Of a stretch of 64,000 bases of DNA, positions 8,762-18,767 are shown in pieces. The position numbers were made by a program, and so were the translations under genes. Below the pieces are notes generated by a model. It saw only the letters and a list, made by a program, of their open reading frames with translations. It did not search any database and had not been told where the DNA came from. Source of the DNA: Sphingomonadales bacterium (GTDB lineage: Bacteria; Pseudomonadota; Alphaproteobacteria; Sphingomonadales; Sphingomonadaceae); contig JAXDPE010000044.1 of the NCBI GenBank assembly GCA_034668565.1, positions 997 through 64,996 of the forward strand, read 5' to 3'. Every line of letters begins with the position of its first letter. Positions within the stretch are counted from its first letter, which is position 1.

Positions 8762-9520
8762 TCACGATCGGGAGAATCGCCAGCGGCCGATGTCGGAATT
8801 CATGGCATCGAAGACGTAGCCGTCGCTATCGAACCCCTTGAGCGCCTCCGGGTCGTCGAGTCGGTGCTCGCACAAATAGCGCGCCATCATCCCGCGGGCG
8901 CGCTTGGCGGCGAAGGTGTTGAAGCGCAGTCCGTCCGGCCCGATCTCGCGGAAGTCGATTTCGATCACTCGAACGTCGGCGGGCAGGCGGCCTTCGACCG
9001 CCCGCCAATATTCCCGGCTGGCGAGATTGATGACGACCCGGCTTCCCGCTTCGTCGAGATCGTCGGCGAGGGCGGCGGCGATCCGCCCCTCCCAGAAGGC
9101 GTAAAGGTTCTTTGCCCGCCCGGGAGCCCAGCGCGTTCCCATCTCCAGCCGATGGGGACGGATATCGTCGAGCGGACGGAGCAGGCCGTACAGCCCCGAG
9201 AGGATCCGCAAATGGCGCTGGGCGAAGTCGACGGCCTCCCGGTCGAGGCTGTGGACCTCGAAGCCCGTGTAGACGTCGCCGGCGAAGGCGTAGAGCGCCG
9301 GGCGCTCGGGCTGCTCGCCAAAGCCTCTGAAGCGGACCGCGTTGAGCTCGGCCAATGCGTCCGAAATGTGCATGAGATCGCCGAGCCGGCGCTTCGAAAT
9401 CTTCGCGGCGGCGCCGGCGAGCCGTCCGGCCTCCGCCTCGAAGCGCGGCGCGCTCGAGTCCAGCGGCGGCAGCGGGCGCCGATAATCGAGGCTTTTGGCG
9501 GGGGAGATCACGGCCAGCAT
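8762..9520 (-). CDS. yaaA: peroxide stress protein YaaA (DUF328)
   Basis: MLAVISPAKSLDY N-terminus with ATG at 9518-9520. The ORF track start at 9547 is probably too far upstream. Confidence 0.88.
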   Translation of the reverse strand: MLAVISPAKSLDYRRPLPPLDSSAPRFEAEAGRLAGAAAKISKRRLGDLMHISDALAELNAVRFRGFGEQPERPALYAFAGDVYTGFEVHSLDREAVDFAQRHLRILSGLYGLLRPLDDIRPHRLEMGTRWAPGRAKNLYAFWEGRIAAALADDLDEAGSRVVINLASREYWRAVEGRLPADVRVIEIDFREIGPDGLRFNTFAAKRARGMMARYLCEHRLDDPEALKGFDSDGYVFDAMNSDIGRWRFSRS

Positions 9521-9726
9521 GGCCGGTCCGGGTAGCCGCCGCGGCAAGCGCGGTCAAACCGCGCCAAATCGCTGAAATCCGTGTTCTTTTGAGTCCGGCG
9601 ACGGTTCAACGGCGGTTCAGCGCGCGGGCGCTAGAAACGATCTCCATTTGGCGGTAGAGGCCGCCTTCATACCCTTTTCGAACCCAGGGCCGCTTTGCTC
9701 AGGCGCGGTCAACAGGAGGCTCTTGT

Positions 9727-10989
9727 ATGAAATCCGTTTCCAGCTTCGCTCTCGCCGCCGCTCTCGTCATCGGCGGCGCCGTCGTGGTTGCCGCTCCGGT
9801 TGAAGCGAAGAAGAAACCGGAAGCCGCGCAGCCGTCGGCGTCGACCATCGTCCTGACCAAGGAAGAGCGGGCGGCGATGGCCCCCGTCCAGACCGCGATC
9901 ACCGCCAAGGATTGGGCGGCGGCCCAGGCCGCTCTGCCCACCGCGGCGGCCGCCGCCACCAGCCCGGGCGGGCGCTACGCCATCGGCCGCTTCCAGCTCG
10001 AGATCGGCGCCGCGACCAACAATGTCGCCCTGCAGTCGCAGGGCATCGATGCGCTGCTTGCCAGCGGCCAGGTCGGCGCCGTCGACCTCCCCAACATCTA
10101 CCGCAATCAGGGCATCCTTGCCGACAATGCCGGCAACAAGGCCAAGGCCGAGGCGGCCTTCGCCAAGCTGGTCGAGCTCAGCCCGAACGATCCGGAGGCC
10201 CTGATCAGCCTGGCGCGGGTCAAGAACGACCTCAAAAAGCCGGCCGAGGCGGTGCAGTACATTTCGCGGGCGATCGATATCAAGCGCGCCGCCGGCCAGC
10301 CGGTCGACGAGAGCTGGTACAAATATGCCCTGAAGCTGGCCTTCGACGGGCGCTCGAACCCGGCGCTTCGCGAGGCTTCCCAGAAGCTGAGCCGTGAGCT
10401 CGTCACCGCCTATCCGACCAAGGAGAATTGGCGCGACTCGGTGCTGATCTTCCGCGACACCAACAATCTCGATGCGGCGGCCGACCTCGACGTCCTGCGC
10501 TTCATGCGCGCCAGCGGTTCGCTGGCCGGCGAGCGCGACTGGTACGACCTCGTCGACGGCCTCTACAAAGCGGGCAATTACGCCGAGGCCAAGGCCGTTC
10601 TCGACGACGGCGCCGCCAAGCGGATGATCGACCTCAAGAAGCCGGCCTTCGCCGATCTCGTCCGGCTCGCCAACGCGCGCATGAACGGCGACCGCGCGTC
10701 GCTTCCCGGGGAGCAGACGAAGGCGATGGCGGCGGCGACCGGCGCCAGCGCGCTCAAGATCGGCGACGCCTTTTACGGCTACGGCGATCACGCCAAGGCG
10801 ATCGCCCTCTATCGCGCGGCTTTGACCAAGGGCGGAGTCGACGCCAACCTGGTCAACACCCGCCTTGCCATGGCGCTGCTCGCATCGGGCGATCGCGCCG
10901 GCGCCGAGGCCACGTTCAAGTCCCTGACCGGGCCGAGGCAGAATCTCGGCGCTTTCTGGCTCGCCTGGCTTGCGCGCTCGGGGGCTTGA
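9727..10989 (+). CDS. secreted TPR-like repeat protein
   Basis: Signal peptide MKSVSSFALAAALVIGGAVVVAAPVEA, followed by Ala/Leu-rich helical repeats (YRNQGILADNAGNKAKAEAAFAKLVELSPNDPEAL). Confidence 0.65.
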   Translation: MKSVSSFALAAALVIGGAVVVAAPVEAKKKPEAAQPSASTIVLTKEERAAMAPVQTAITAKDWAAAQAALPTAAAAATSPGGRYAIGRFQLEIGAATNNVALQSQGIDALLASGQVGAVDLPNIYRNQGILADNAGNKAKAEAAFAKLVELSPNDPEALISLARVKNDLKKPAEAVQYISRAIDIKRAAGQPVDESWYKYALKLAFDGRSNPALREASQKLSRELVTAYPTKENWRDSVLIFRDTNNLDAAADLDVLRFMRASGSLAGERDWYDLVDGLYKAGNYAEAKAVLDDGAAKRMIDLKKPAFADLVRLANARMNGDRASLPGEQTKAMAAATGASALKIGDAFYGYGDHAKAIALYRAALTKGGVDANLVNTRLAMALLASGDRAGAEATFKSLTGPRQNLGAFWLAWLARSGA

Positions 10990-11038
10990 AGCTGGTTCCG
11001 TGACGAAGGGATGGGGCGCTTCGGCGCCCCTTTTCTTG

Positions 11039-11104
11039 TTTCCCGGCGAAGGCCGGGGCCCAGTCGCACCGACTGAGAGCTGAGTCCCGGCCTTCGCCGG
11101 GAAG
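11039..11104. repeat. short palindromic element (CCCGGCGAAGGCCGG arms)
   Basis: TTCCCGGCGAAGGCCGGGGCCC ... GTCCCGGCCTTCGCCGGGAA inverted arms, related to the element at 30385-30481. Confidence 0.7.
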
Positions 11105-11238
11105 CACTGCTCCCGTCCCATATTGCGACGGCCCGCAAATGCCCCTCTTCCGCTGGCCGGGAGGCCGCGTTAACGATTGGCGGGGGCCGGCCTTCGGCCG
11201 CCGTTCACGAAGGGCTGGGCCGCTTGCGTTTCGACGAC

Positions 11239-12873
11239 ATGATCGCGACGGTGCTGAAGCAGAGCGAGGCGCGGCCGACCGCGCTTTCCGCGAAATGGCG
11301 CCAGCTCGTCGATCTCGTCGCCCAGGGGCGCAGCGAGGGGGAATATCATTCACAGGCTCTGGCCTGGCTGCGGGCGAACCGGGCTCGGATCCCGGCGGAG
11401 GCGAGGCGTGAAGTCGCCCGCGCTCTGGCCGGACGGCGACTGAGCCCGGCCGCGCTCGCTTTCTTCGCCGAGGACCTGCCCGCCGTCGCCGCCCCATTGC
11501 TCGCCGGCGCCCGGCTCGGCGCCGACGAATGGCTCGAGCTGCTGCCGAGCCTTGGACCGGTCGCCCGCGGCCTGCTTCGCCACCGGCGCGACCTTGACCC
11601 GGACGTGGTCCATGCCTTGGCGGGGTTCGGAGCCGGCGATTTCGCCCTCGGCGGCCAAGTAGCCGCTCCGGCCGATGAGGGCCTGAGCCCGGCGGCCGAA
11701 CGGAGCGAGGCGCAGATCCGCGACCTCGTCGCCCGGATCGAGAATTTCCGGCGACGGCGCGATGCGGCCGGCGCCGCCGCCGCGGCGGCCGCACAGCCGG
11801 CGCCCGTCGACGAGTTCCAGTGGGAGACCGGGCCGGACGGAGTGATCCTTTGGATCGAGGGCGCCCCGCGCGGACCCCTGGTCGGCCAGAGCATCGCCTC
11901 GATCGCCGAACGCGGCCAATATGGCGTGGACGGGCAGGCCGCCGGCGCCTTCGAGAAAAGGGCGCCGTTCCGCGACGCCCGCTTCAGCGTCCCCGGCGTC
12001 GGCGGCGCCTCCGGCGACTGGCGGATATCCGGGGTTCCCTTCTTCGACGCCGGTCAGGGCAATTTCCTCGGCTATCGCGGCAGCGCGCGCCGGCCCCGGC
12101 TCGACGAGGTCGCCCACGGCGCCGTGCCCGCGGAAGGCCCGACGGGACTGTTCGGGACCGATCTTCCCGCCGATTCCCTGCGCCAGCTGATCCACGAGCT
12201 TCGAACGCCCCTGAACGCGATCATCGGCTTCGCCGAGCTGATCGACGGCCAGTATATGGGTCCGGCCGCGCTCAGCTATCGCTCCCGGGCCTCCGACATC
12301 ATGGACCAGGCGCGGCGTCTGCTTTCGGCCGTCGACGATCTCGACACGGCGGCCCGGATCGAGACGCAGCGGCTCCAGCTCGCCGAAAGCTCAGTGGATG
12401 CGGTCGCCTTGCTCTGCCGCCTCCACGACGCTTACGAGCGGGTCGCCGCCCAGCGCGGGAGCCGGATCCTGATCGAGATCGAGCGCGACCTTCCCGACGC
12501 CAAGGTAGAGATCGACGCCGCCGAGCGGATGTTCGCCCGGATGCTCGCGGCGACGATCGGCCTCGCCCGCGAAGGCGAGACGATCACCGCCACCATGGCG
12601 ATGGGCGAGGACGGCGCCCGCAAGATGCTCTGCCTGGCAATCGACCGGCCCATGGCCATCGAAGGCCTCGACGAAAGCGCTCTGCTCGACCCCGGCTACA
12701 GCCCCGACGGCGACTGGCCGGGGGCGCCGGCGCTCGGCCTCGGTTTCGCCCTGAGGCTGGTTCGAAACCTCGCCGAGGCGGTTGGCGGGGCGCTCCAGAT
12801 CGGTCCCGCCCGCTTCTTCCTCTATCTTCCCTCGCTCGAGCCGGCGGAACGCTCTTCCGGCCGCAACGGTTAG
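11239..12873 (+). CDS. sensor histidine kinase (cytoplasmic, HisKA + HATPase-like)
   Basis: H-box LIHELRTPLNAIIGFAELI and a C-terminal ATPase-like region ending GLGFALRLVRNLAEAVGGAL. ATG at 11239 or TTG at 11224. Confidence 0.8.
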   Translation: MIATVLKQSEARPTALSAKWRQLVDLVAQGRSEGEYHSQALAWLRANRARIPAEARREVARALAGRRLSPAALAFFAEDLPAVAAPLLAGARLGADEWLELLPSLGPVARGLLRHRRDLDPDVVHALAGFGAGDFALGGQVAAPADEGLSPAAERSEAQIRDLVARIENFRRRRDAAGAAAAAAAQPAPVDEFQWETGPDGVILWIEGAPRGPLVGQSIASIAERGQYGVDGQAAGAFEKRAPFRDARFSVPGVGGASGDWRISGVPFFDAGQGNFLGYRGSARRPRLDEVAHGAVPAEGPTGLFGTDLPADSLRQLIHELRTPLNAIIGFAELIDGQYMGPAALSYRSRASDIMDQARRLLSAVDDLDTAARIETQRLQLAESSVDAVALLCRLHDAYERVAAQRGSRILIEIERDLPDAKVEIDAAERMFARMLAATIGLAREGETITATMAMGEDGARKMLCLAIDRPMAIEGLDESALLDPGYSPDGDWPGAPALGLGFALRLVRNLAEAVGGALQIGPARFFLYLPSLEPAERSSGRNG

Positions 12874-12879
12874 GGGAAG

Positions 12880-13893
12880 GTGGCTTTACCAAACCTCCTC
12901 GATCGGCTCGACCGTCCCCCGGCGGAGGAGCGCTATATCGCGCTCCCCGACAGCTTCGGCCGCCGCTTCACCGTCTTTTGCGACACCGAGGAGGAGTTCG
13001 ACTGGACCAAGCCCCGAAGCCGCGACAATCGCGCCACCACCCATATGGCGGCGATGCCCGACCTGCAGGAGCGGTTTCGCCGGCGCGGAGTCAAATGCGT
13101 CCATCTCGTCGATCATCCCATCGCCACCGATCCGGCCTCGATCGCCATGCTCCGCGAATGGCTCGAGCGGGATGAAATCTCGATCGGCACTCAGCTCCAT
13201 CCCTGGGTGAACCCTCCGCACGACGAAGACGTGAACACCTTCAACAGCTTCGTCGGCAATCTTCCGATCTCGCTGGAACGCGCCAAGATCCAGAACCTGA
13301 CCGAAACCCTCGAATCCGCCTTCGGCCGCCGCCCGGTCGTCTACCGGGCGGGCCGCTACGGAGTTGGCCCCAATACCGCCGGCCTGCTCGGCGACGCCGG
13401 CTATGAGGCGGACGTCTCGGTCCGAGCCCTTCATGATTATAGCGACGAGGGCGGCCCGGATTTCTCCAGGGTCAGGCCCTTTCCCTTCCGTCTCGGCGAT
13501 TCCGGCCTGATCGAGCTGCCCCTCAGCGCGGCCTATGTCGGACGATTGCGGGCGAAGGGACGGGCGCTCTACGGGGCCGCGGCGCGGGTGCCGCGGGGGC
13601 GGGGAATCCTGTTCCGGACCGGCCTTCTCAACCGTGTTCCGCTGACTCCCGAAGGCGTGCCGCTCGCGGAAGCGCTGGACGCCGTCCGGGCGCTGATCGG
13701 GGACGGCCTGCGCTGGTTCAGCCTGTCCTTCCATTCGCCCTCGGTAGAGCCGGGCCACACCCCTTTCGTCCAAACCGCGGAGGACCTGCGGACCTTCCAT
13801 GCGTGGTGGGACGGTATCTTCGACCTGTTCGAGCGCGAGGGCATCGCCCCGGCCTCGATCGAGGAGACGATCGCGGCGGCCAAAGCCGGCTGA
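12880..13893 (+). CDS. polysaccharide deacetylase-like protein (WalW-type)
   Basis: 337 aa. FTVFCDTEEEFDW, LHPWVNPP and YRAGRYGVGPNT resemble the WalW / polysaccharide deacetylase family. Confidence 0.65.
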   Translation: MALPNLLDRLDRPPAEERYIALPDSFGRRFTVFCDTEEEFDWTKPRSRDNRATTHMAAMPDLQERFRRRGVKCVHLVDHPIATDPASIAMLREWLERDEISIGTQLHPWVNPPHDEDVNTFNSFVGNLPISLERAKIQNLTETLESAFGRRPVVYRAGRYGVGPNTAGLLGDAGYEADVSVRALHDYSDEGGPDFSRVRPFPFRLGDSGLIELPLSAAYVGRLRAKGRALYGAAARVPRGRGILFRTGLLNRVPLTPEGVPLAEALDAVRALIGDGLRWFSLSFHSPSVEPGHTPFVQTAEDLRTFHAWWDGIFDLFEREGIAPASIEETIAAAKAG

Positions 13894-13946
13894 CCGCGCC
13901 TTGCCATCGCCGCCCGCCCTGCCTATCCGGCAAGGCCTGGAGTTAC

Positions 13947-14021
13947 GGGCCTGTAGCTCAATGGTAGAGCCGGCCGCTCATAACGGCTAGGTTGGGGGTT
14001 CGAATCCTCCCGGGCCCACCA
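13947..14021 (+). tRNA. tRNA-Met (anticodon CAT; elongator-like, tRNA-Ile2 not excluded)
   Basis: GGGCCTGTAGCTCAATGGTAGAGC...CTCATAA...GGGGGTTCGAATCCTCCCGGGCCCACCA folds as a cloverleaf. CCA is encoded and initiator-specific features are absent. Confidence 0.9.
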
Positions 14022-14027
14022 GAGTTT

Positions 14028-14050
14028 CGATCAAGGTGATACTTTGATCG
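14028..14050. repeat. mini-hairpin CGATCAAGGTGATACTTTGATCG
   Basis: TCAA(A/G)GT-N5-ACTTTGA hairpin. Related copies lie at 14093-14111 and 27473-27497. Confidence 0.55.
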
Positions 14051-14092
14051 AGGGAAGAGAGCGGAGCCTTTCCTCTTTCCTTCCTGCCCCGG

Positions 14093-14111
14093 GTCAAAGT
14101 AACACTTTGAC
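14093..14111. repeat. mini-hairpin GTCAAAGTAACACTTTGAC
   Basis: Same TCAAAGT-N5-ACTTTGA design as 14028-14050 and 27473-27497. Confidence 0.55.
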
Positions 14112-14120
14112 TCGATCCGT

Positions 14121-14197
<77 letters not shown>

Positions 14198-14217
14198 ACC
14201 GCCGCCCGGAAGCTTTG

Positions 14218-15594
14218 CTATTCCGCGGCCTTGGCCGGCAGCCTCACGATCTCCTCGGGCGCGTCGGCGATCAGGGACAGCATCGCCGTCCACGCCGCGA
14301 CATTCTGCGCCAGCTGCTCGCGATCGACCTTGTCGAGCGTGTCGTCGGGCGTGTGGTGGATGTCGAAATAGCGGGTTCCGTCCTGGTTGAGGTCGCCGCC
14401 GGCCACTCCGGCCTTGACCCAGGCGCCGAGGTCCGCCCCGGCCTCGACCTCGCCGGTGCCGCGATTGATCCCGAGCGGGAAGAGCGAAGCGGCGATTCGG
14501 TCGGAGAGCGGCTGGTTCGCTGGAGCGAAGGCGGATTCGAAGCGCCACACCCGGTCTGCGCCGAAGTCGCTCTCCGCGACGAAGACGACCTTCTCGGCTT
14601 TGTGCGCAGCGAAATAGGCCTTGCTTCCGGCCCCTCCGGTCTCCTCGTCGCCGAACCAAATGACCCGGATCGTCCGGCGCGGCCGGCCCTGATCCATCAC
14701 CCGCTTGGCCGCCGCCGCGACGATGGCCACGCCCGAGGCGTCGTCGATCGCTCCGGTACCCAGATCCCAGCTGTCGAGATGGCCGCCGACCAAAATCATT
14801 CCCGCTTTGGGATCGGTGCCGGGAACGTCGGCGATGACGTTGCCGGTCGGCTGGTCGCCGAGGAAGCGGGGGGTGAGGACGAGGTGCAGGCTCACCTTCT
14901 GCTTCCGCTTCAGCATTCGCTGCAGATTCTCGGCGTCCGGGATGCTGAGCGCCGCCGCGGCGATCGGCGTGACGTCGCCCCAGTTGGTGAGTCCGGTATG
15001 CGGATTGCGGTGATAGTCGGTGCCGAGCGATCGGATGACGACGGCGGCCGCGCCTTTCTGGGCCGCGATCGCCGGCGCCGAACGACGGACCGCGCCGTAA
15101 TAGCCATAGCCCGAGCCGTCCTGGTTAGGCTGCATGGCGTGGCTGACGAAGACGATCCGGCCTCGCACGGCCTCGGCGGGGGCCGCCTTCAGATCGTCGA
15201 TGCTGTCGAAGCCGACGACTTCGGCGGTGAGGCCCTGCGGCAGGGTGGCGCCGCTTCCGCCCAAAGCGGTGAGGACGAGCCGCTGCGGGAAGGGCGCGAC
15301 GATCTCGGCTGTCTCGGCGCCGCGCACCCAGGTCGGCATCGTCGTCATCTCGACATGGACGTTCTTGAAGCCCAGCGCCTTGAGCCTGCGCACCGCCCAG
15401 TCTCGCGCCCGGGCCTCCGCCTCGGTTCCGGCGAGCCGAGGCCCGACCTCCGTCGTCAGCCCCTCGACGATGTCGTAGGCGACCTCGTCCTTCAAGGCGG
15501 CATCGCGAAGCCGCCCCGCCTCGTCGGCGCCCTGCGCGAAGGCGGGGGAGGAGAGAAGAGCGGCAGCGGCGGCGAGCAGGAGGGTCTTTTTCAT
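14218..15594 (-). CDS. M28 family metallopeptidase (secreted aminopeptidase)
   Basis: Signal peptide MKKTLLLAAAAALLSSPAFA. GGHLDSWDLGTGAIDDASG and WFGDEETGG zinc-ligand motifs. ATG at 15592-15594. Confidence 0.85.
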   Translation of the reverse strand: MKKTLLLAAAAALLSSPAFAQGADEAGRLRDAALKDEVAYDIVEGLTTEVGPRLAGTEAEARARDWAVRRLKALGFKNVHVEMTTMPTWVRGAETAEIVAPFPQRLVLTALGGSGATLPQGLTAEVVGFDSIDDLKAAPAEAVRGRIVFVSHAMQPNQDGSGYGYYGAVRRSAPAIAAQKGAAAVVIRSLGTDYHRNPHTGLTNWGDVTPIAAAALSIPDAENLQRMLKRKQKVSLHLVLTPRFLGDQPTGNVIADVPGTDPKAGMILVGGHLDSWDLGTGAIDDASGVAIVAAAAKRVMDQGRPRRTIRVIWFGDEETGGAGSKAYFAAHKAEKVVFVAESDFGADRVWRFESAFAPANQPLSDRIAASLFPLGINRGTGEVEAGADLGAWVKAGVAGGDLNQDGTRYFDIHHTPDDTLDKVDREQLAQNVAAWTAMLSLIADAPEEIVRLPAKAAE

Positions 15595-15663
15595 GCGGCC
15601 TGCCCTAGCCACTCTCCTATTGCCGCGAAAGCGGGAATCCGGACCGCGGTGCCGCACGCGCCG

Positions 15664-15898
15664 CCCCTCCACCGCGAAGCGGCTCGAACCTTCTCTACGT
15701 TGTGCCTTCGTGCCTTTGTGCCTTCTCTCAAAATGAGTCCGGCGCTTCGTTTGGGGGAAAACGTCGGATGCATCGGCATCGCACTCGGTCGGGCGTCAGC
15801 TCATTGTACCGGACGCTCTAACACCCGACTTCAAGAGAAGGCACGAAGGCACGAAGGCACAACGTAGAAAGGGAGGTTTGCCGCTTCGCGGGGAGGGG
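15664..15898. mobile_element. ~235-bp MITE-like element with CCTTCGTG octamer repeats in its arms
   Basis: Arms CCCCTCCACCGCGAAGCGG...GTGCCTTCGTGCCTTTGTGCCTTCTCTCAAAA and their reverse complement. A second, inverted copy lies at 19998-20233. Confidence 0.75.
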
Positions 15899-15978
15899 AG
15901 GTGACATTCGCCCGCCGCCTCACTAACTAGGCGCCAAACCCGCATTCCCGCACAGATTCTTCCGGAGACCGCGCCGCC

Positions 15979-17658
15979 ATGGCTGCACAGTATAGCTTCG
16001 TCATGAAGAGCATGACCAAGACCTTCCCGGGCGCTGCCAAGCCCATCCTCAACAACATCAACCTGCAATTCTACCCGGATGCGAAGATCGCGATCATCGG
16101 GCCCAACGGCTCGGGCAAGTCGACCCTGATGAAGATCATGGCCGGCCGCGACAAGGAATATGTCGGCGAGGCCTGGCCGGGCGAGCATATCCGCGTCGGC
16201 TATCTCGAGCAGGAGCCCCAGCTCGATCCGACCAAGACGGTCAAGGAGAACGTCATGGACGGGGTCCGCGCCACCGCCGACATGATGGACCGATTCAACG
16301 AGATCTCGACGATCATGGGCGATCCGCCCGAGGACGCCGACTTCGACGCCTTGATGACCGAGATGGGCGAATTGCAGGAAAAGATCGACGCCGTCGACGG
16401 CTGGTCATTGGACAACCAGCTCGAAATCGCCATGGACGCGCTTCGCTGCCCGCCCGGCGACAGCCCGATCGACAATCTCTCGGGCGGCGAGAAGCGCCGC
16501 GTCGCGCTCACCAAGCTGCTGCTCGAAAAGCCCGACATCCTCCTCCTCGACGAGCCCACCAACCATTTGGACGCCGAGAGCGTGCAATGGCTCGAAAAGC
16601 ACCTCGTCGACTATGCCGGCAACGTCATCCTCGTCACCCACGACCGCTACTTCCTCGACAATGTGGTCAACTGGGTGCTCGAGCTCGATCGCGGCAAATA
16701 TTACATCTATGAATCCAATTATTCCGGATACTTGGACAAGAAAGCTAAAAGGCTTCAGCAGGAAGAGCGCGAGGACGAGGGCAAGCAGAAGGCCATCCAG
16801 GAGGAATTGGACTGGATTCGCCGCTCTCCCAAGGCCCGCCAGACCAAGTCCAAGGCCCGGATCAAAGCGTTCGACGAGCTCGTCGAGGCGCAGGAGAACC
16901 GGACGCCCGGCAAGGCCCAGATCCTCATCCAGGTCCCCGAGCGGCTCGGCGGGACCGTGATCGAGGCCAAGGGCCTGACCAAGGCCTATGGCGACAAATT
17001 ATTGTTCGACGATCTCAGCTTCAGCTTGCCGCCAGGCGGCATCGTCGGCGTGATCGGCCCGAACGGCGCCGGCAAGACGACCTTGTTCAAGCTCATCCGC
17101 GGCGAGGAGCAGCCCGACGAGGGCTCGGTTCGGATCGGCGAGACGGTGCGCCTGGGCTATGTCGACCAGTCCCGCGACGCGCTCGACTCGACCAAGAACG
17201 TCTGGGAGGAGATTTCGGGCGGCTCCGACGTCTTCCGCTTCGGCAAGCACGAGGTCGGCACCCGCGCCTATGTCGGCGCCTTCAACTTCCGAGGCCAGGA
17301 CCAGCAGAAGAAGGTCGGGCAATTGTCCGGCGGCGAGCGCAACCGCGTCCACATGGCCAAGATGCTCCAGCAGGGCGGCAACGTCCTGCTGCTTGACGAG
17401 CCGACCAACGACCTCGACGTCGAGACTCTGCGCGCCCTCGAGGAGGCGCTGGAGAGCTTCGCCGGCTGCGCCGTCGTCATCAGCCACGACCGCTTCTTCC
17501 TCGACCGCCTCGCCACCCACATCCTCGCCTTCGAAGGCGACAGCCACGTCGAATGGTTCGAAGGCAATTTCGAAGCCTATGAAGAAGACAAGCGGCGGCG
17601 GATGGGCCCGGAGGCGGACAGGCCGCATCGTATGACCTATCGGAAGCTTACGCGGTAA
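15979..17658 (+). CDS. ettA: energy-dependent translational throttle protein EttA (ABC-F)
   Basis: Two ABC cassettes (GPNGSGKSTLMKIMAG, LSGGEKRRVAL, GPNGAGKTTLFKLI, LSGGERNRVHMAKML). 559 aa, collinear with EttA. Confidence 0.95.
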   Translation: MAAQYSFVMKSMTKTFPGAAKPILNNINLQFYPDAKIAIIGPNGSGKSTLMKIMAGRDKEYVGEAWPGEHIRVGYLEQEPQLDPTKTVKENVMDGVRATADMMDRFNEISTIMGDPPEDADFDALMTEMGELQEKIDAVDGWSLDNQLEIAMDALRCPPGDSPIDNLSGGEKRRVALTKLLLEKPDILLLDEPTNHLDAESVQWLEKHLVDYAGNVILVTHDRYFLDNVVNWVLELDRGKYYIYESNYSGYLDKKAKRLQQEEREDEGKQKAIQEELDWIRRSPKARQTKSKARIKAFDELVEAQENRTPGKAQILIQVPERLGGTVIEAKGLTKAYGDKLLFDDLSFSLPPGGIVGVIGPNGAGKTTLFKLIRGEEQPDEGSVRIGETVRLGYVDQSRDALDSTKNVWEEISGGSDVFRFGKHEVGTRAYVGAFNFRGQDQQKKVGQLSGGERNRVHMAKMLQQGGNVLLLDEPTNDLDVETLRALEEALESFAGCAVVISHDRFFLDRLATHILAFEGDSHVEWFEGNFEAYEEDKRRRMGPEADRPHRMTYRKLTR

Positions 17659-17746
17659 CCTGACGGACGATCACACGACGGAGACGGTGCTGCTTGCTAT
17701 ATGCAGTTACGCTGCTGTAGAAAGTTGAGGCTTCGGGGGGAGCGCA

Positions 17747-18511
17747 ATGCGGGTCGGTGCAAGATTCTATTTACTTGTCTTTGCAAGTCTTTTTATTGGC
17801 GCCCAAGTCGGGGCACAAACTGTCCCGGAGCCTTCGATCGGCACACTCTGGCGCGATCTGCAGTTCGGTCAATCTCTTCAGGCCGTGTCCGCTCAGTTGG
17901 CACAATATTCGGAAGTTGCGAATGTTAAACCGAAGCCCGGAAAAAAGGGCAAGCCGTCCTCGCTGAAGATCGGCATGAACAAGGGTGGAATCCCGATCTA
18001 CGACAGCGCCTTTTCGCTGCAGACGACCTTTGGGGCGGACGAGCGGTTGCGCGAGGTGACCTTGGTCAGCGGAAGCGAATGCGCCAATGAGGCCACCGGC
18101 AAGTTCGACAAGATTTCCGATGCGTTGGCATCAAAATATGGCGACGAGCTCACCGAGCGCGGCGCGTTGGACCCACTGATGGTGTCGTCGGCGCTGTCCG
18201 AATCCTACGGAAGCCAGCGCGCCGAAACGATCACTTACGGTTATGCCAACGACTCTGTGGCGGTCGCCTTCGTTCTGGCCTTCAGCAAAACCCGGCCTCC
18301 CGAATATGTCGGTGGTGGGTCCCTGGCACGTGCGCTCTCCGGCATCGCTAAAGGGATCTACGATTCGCAGCGCCAGAAATGCCGGAATAGCGGCGATGAA
18401 ACAGTCGTCTACGCAATCAAATATCTGTCCCGGGCAGATTTCGATGCACGCGCGGCGAAGTTGGATGAGGAGCGCGATGCCGACGATGAGGAAGCGGACA
18501 AGAGCCTCTGA
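17747..18511 (+). CDS. hypothetical secreted protein (lower-GC islet)
   Basis: Signal-like N-terminus FYLLVFASLFIGAQVGAQ and acidic tail EERDADDEEADKSL. No family recognised. Local GC is visibly lower than the flanks. Confidence 0.55.
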   Translation: MRVGARFYLLVFASLFIGAQVGAQTVPEPSIGTLWRDLQFGQSLQAVSAQLAQYSEVANVKPKPGKKGKPSSLKIGMNKGGIPIYDSAFSLQTTFGADERLREVTLVSGSECANEATGKFDKISDALASKYGDELTERGALDPLMVSSALSESYGSQRAETITYGYANDSVAVAFVLAFSKTRPPEYVGGGSLARALSGIAKGIYDSQRQKCRNSGDETVVYAIKYLSRADFDARAAKLDEERDADDEEADKSL

Positions 18512-18767
18512 CTCGCTGAGCGAGGGCGGGGGGGTAACTCCGGTGTCCCGGGCTATCGATTTACGACGACGGCGCGACGAACCCTGTCTCTTGAAAATCC
18601 ATAAGGTTTTGCGCGTCGGCTCGCGCTGCTTCGTCGGGACCGAGCGAAGAATGGGATCGAAACTGGCGATCGACGGCCCGAGCTGCCTATGAACGGTTCG
18701 GCGATCACTGGGCGGCCGCGGTAGCCTATCACTTCTAAGTGGCAGACCGTGAACAGGAGGTAAGCGA

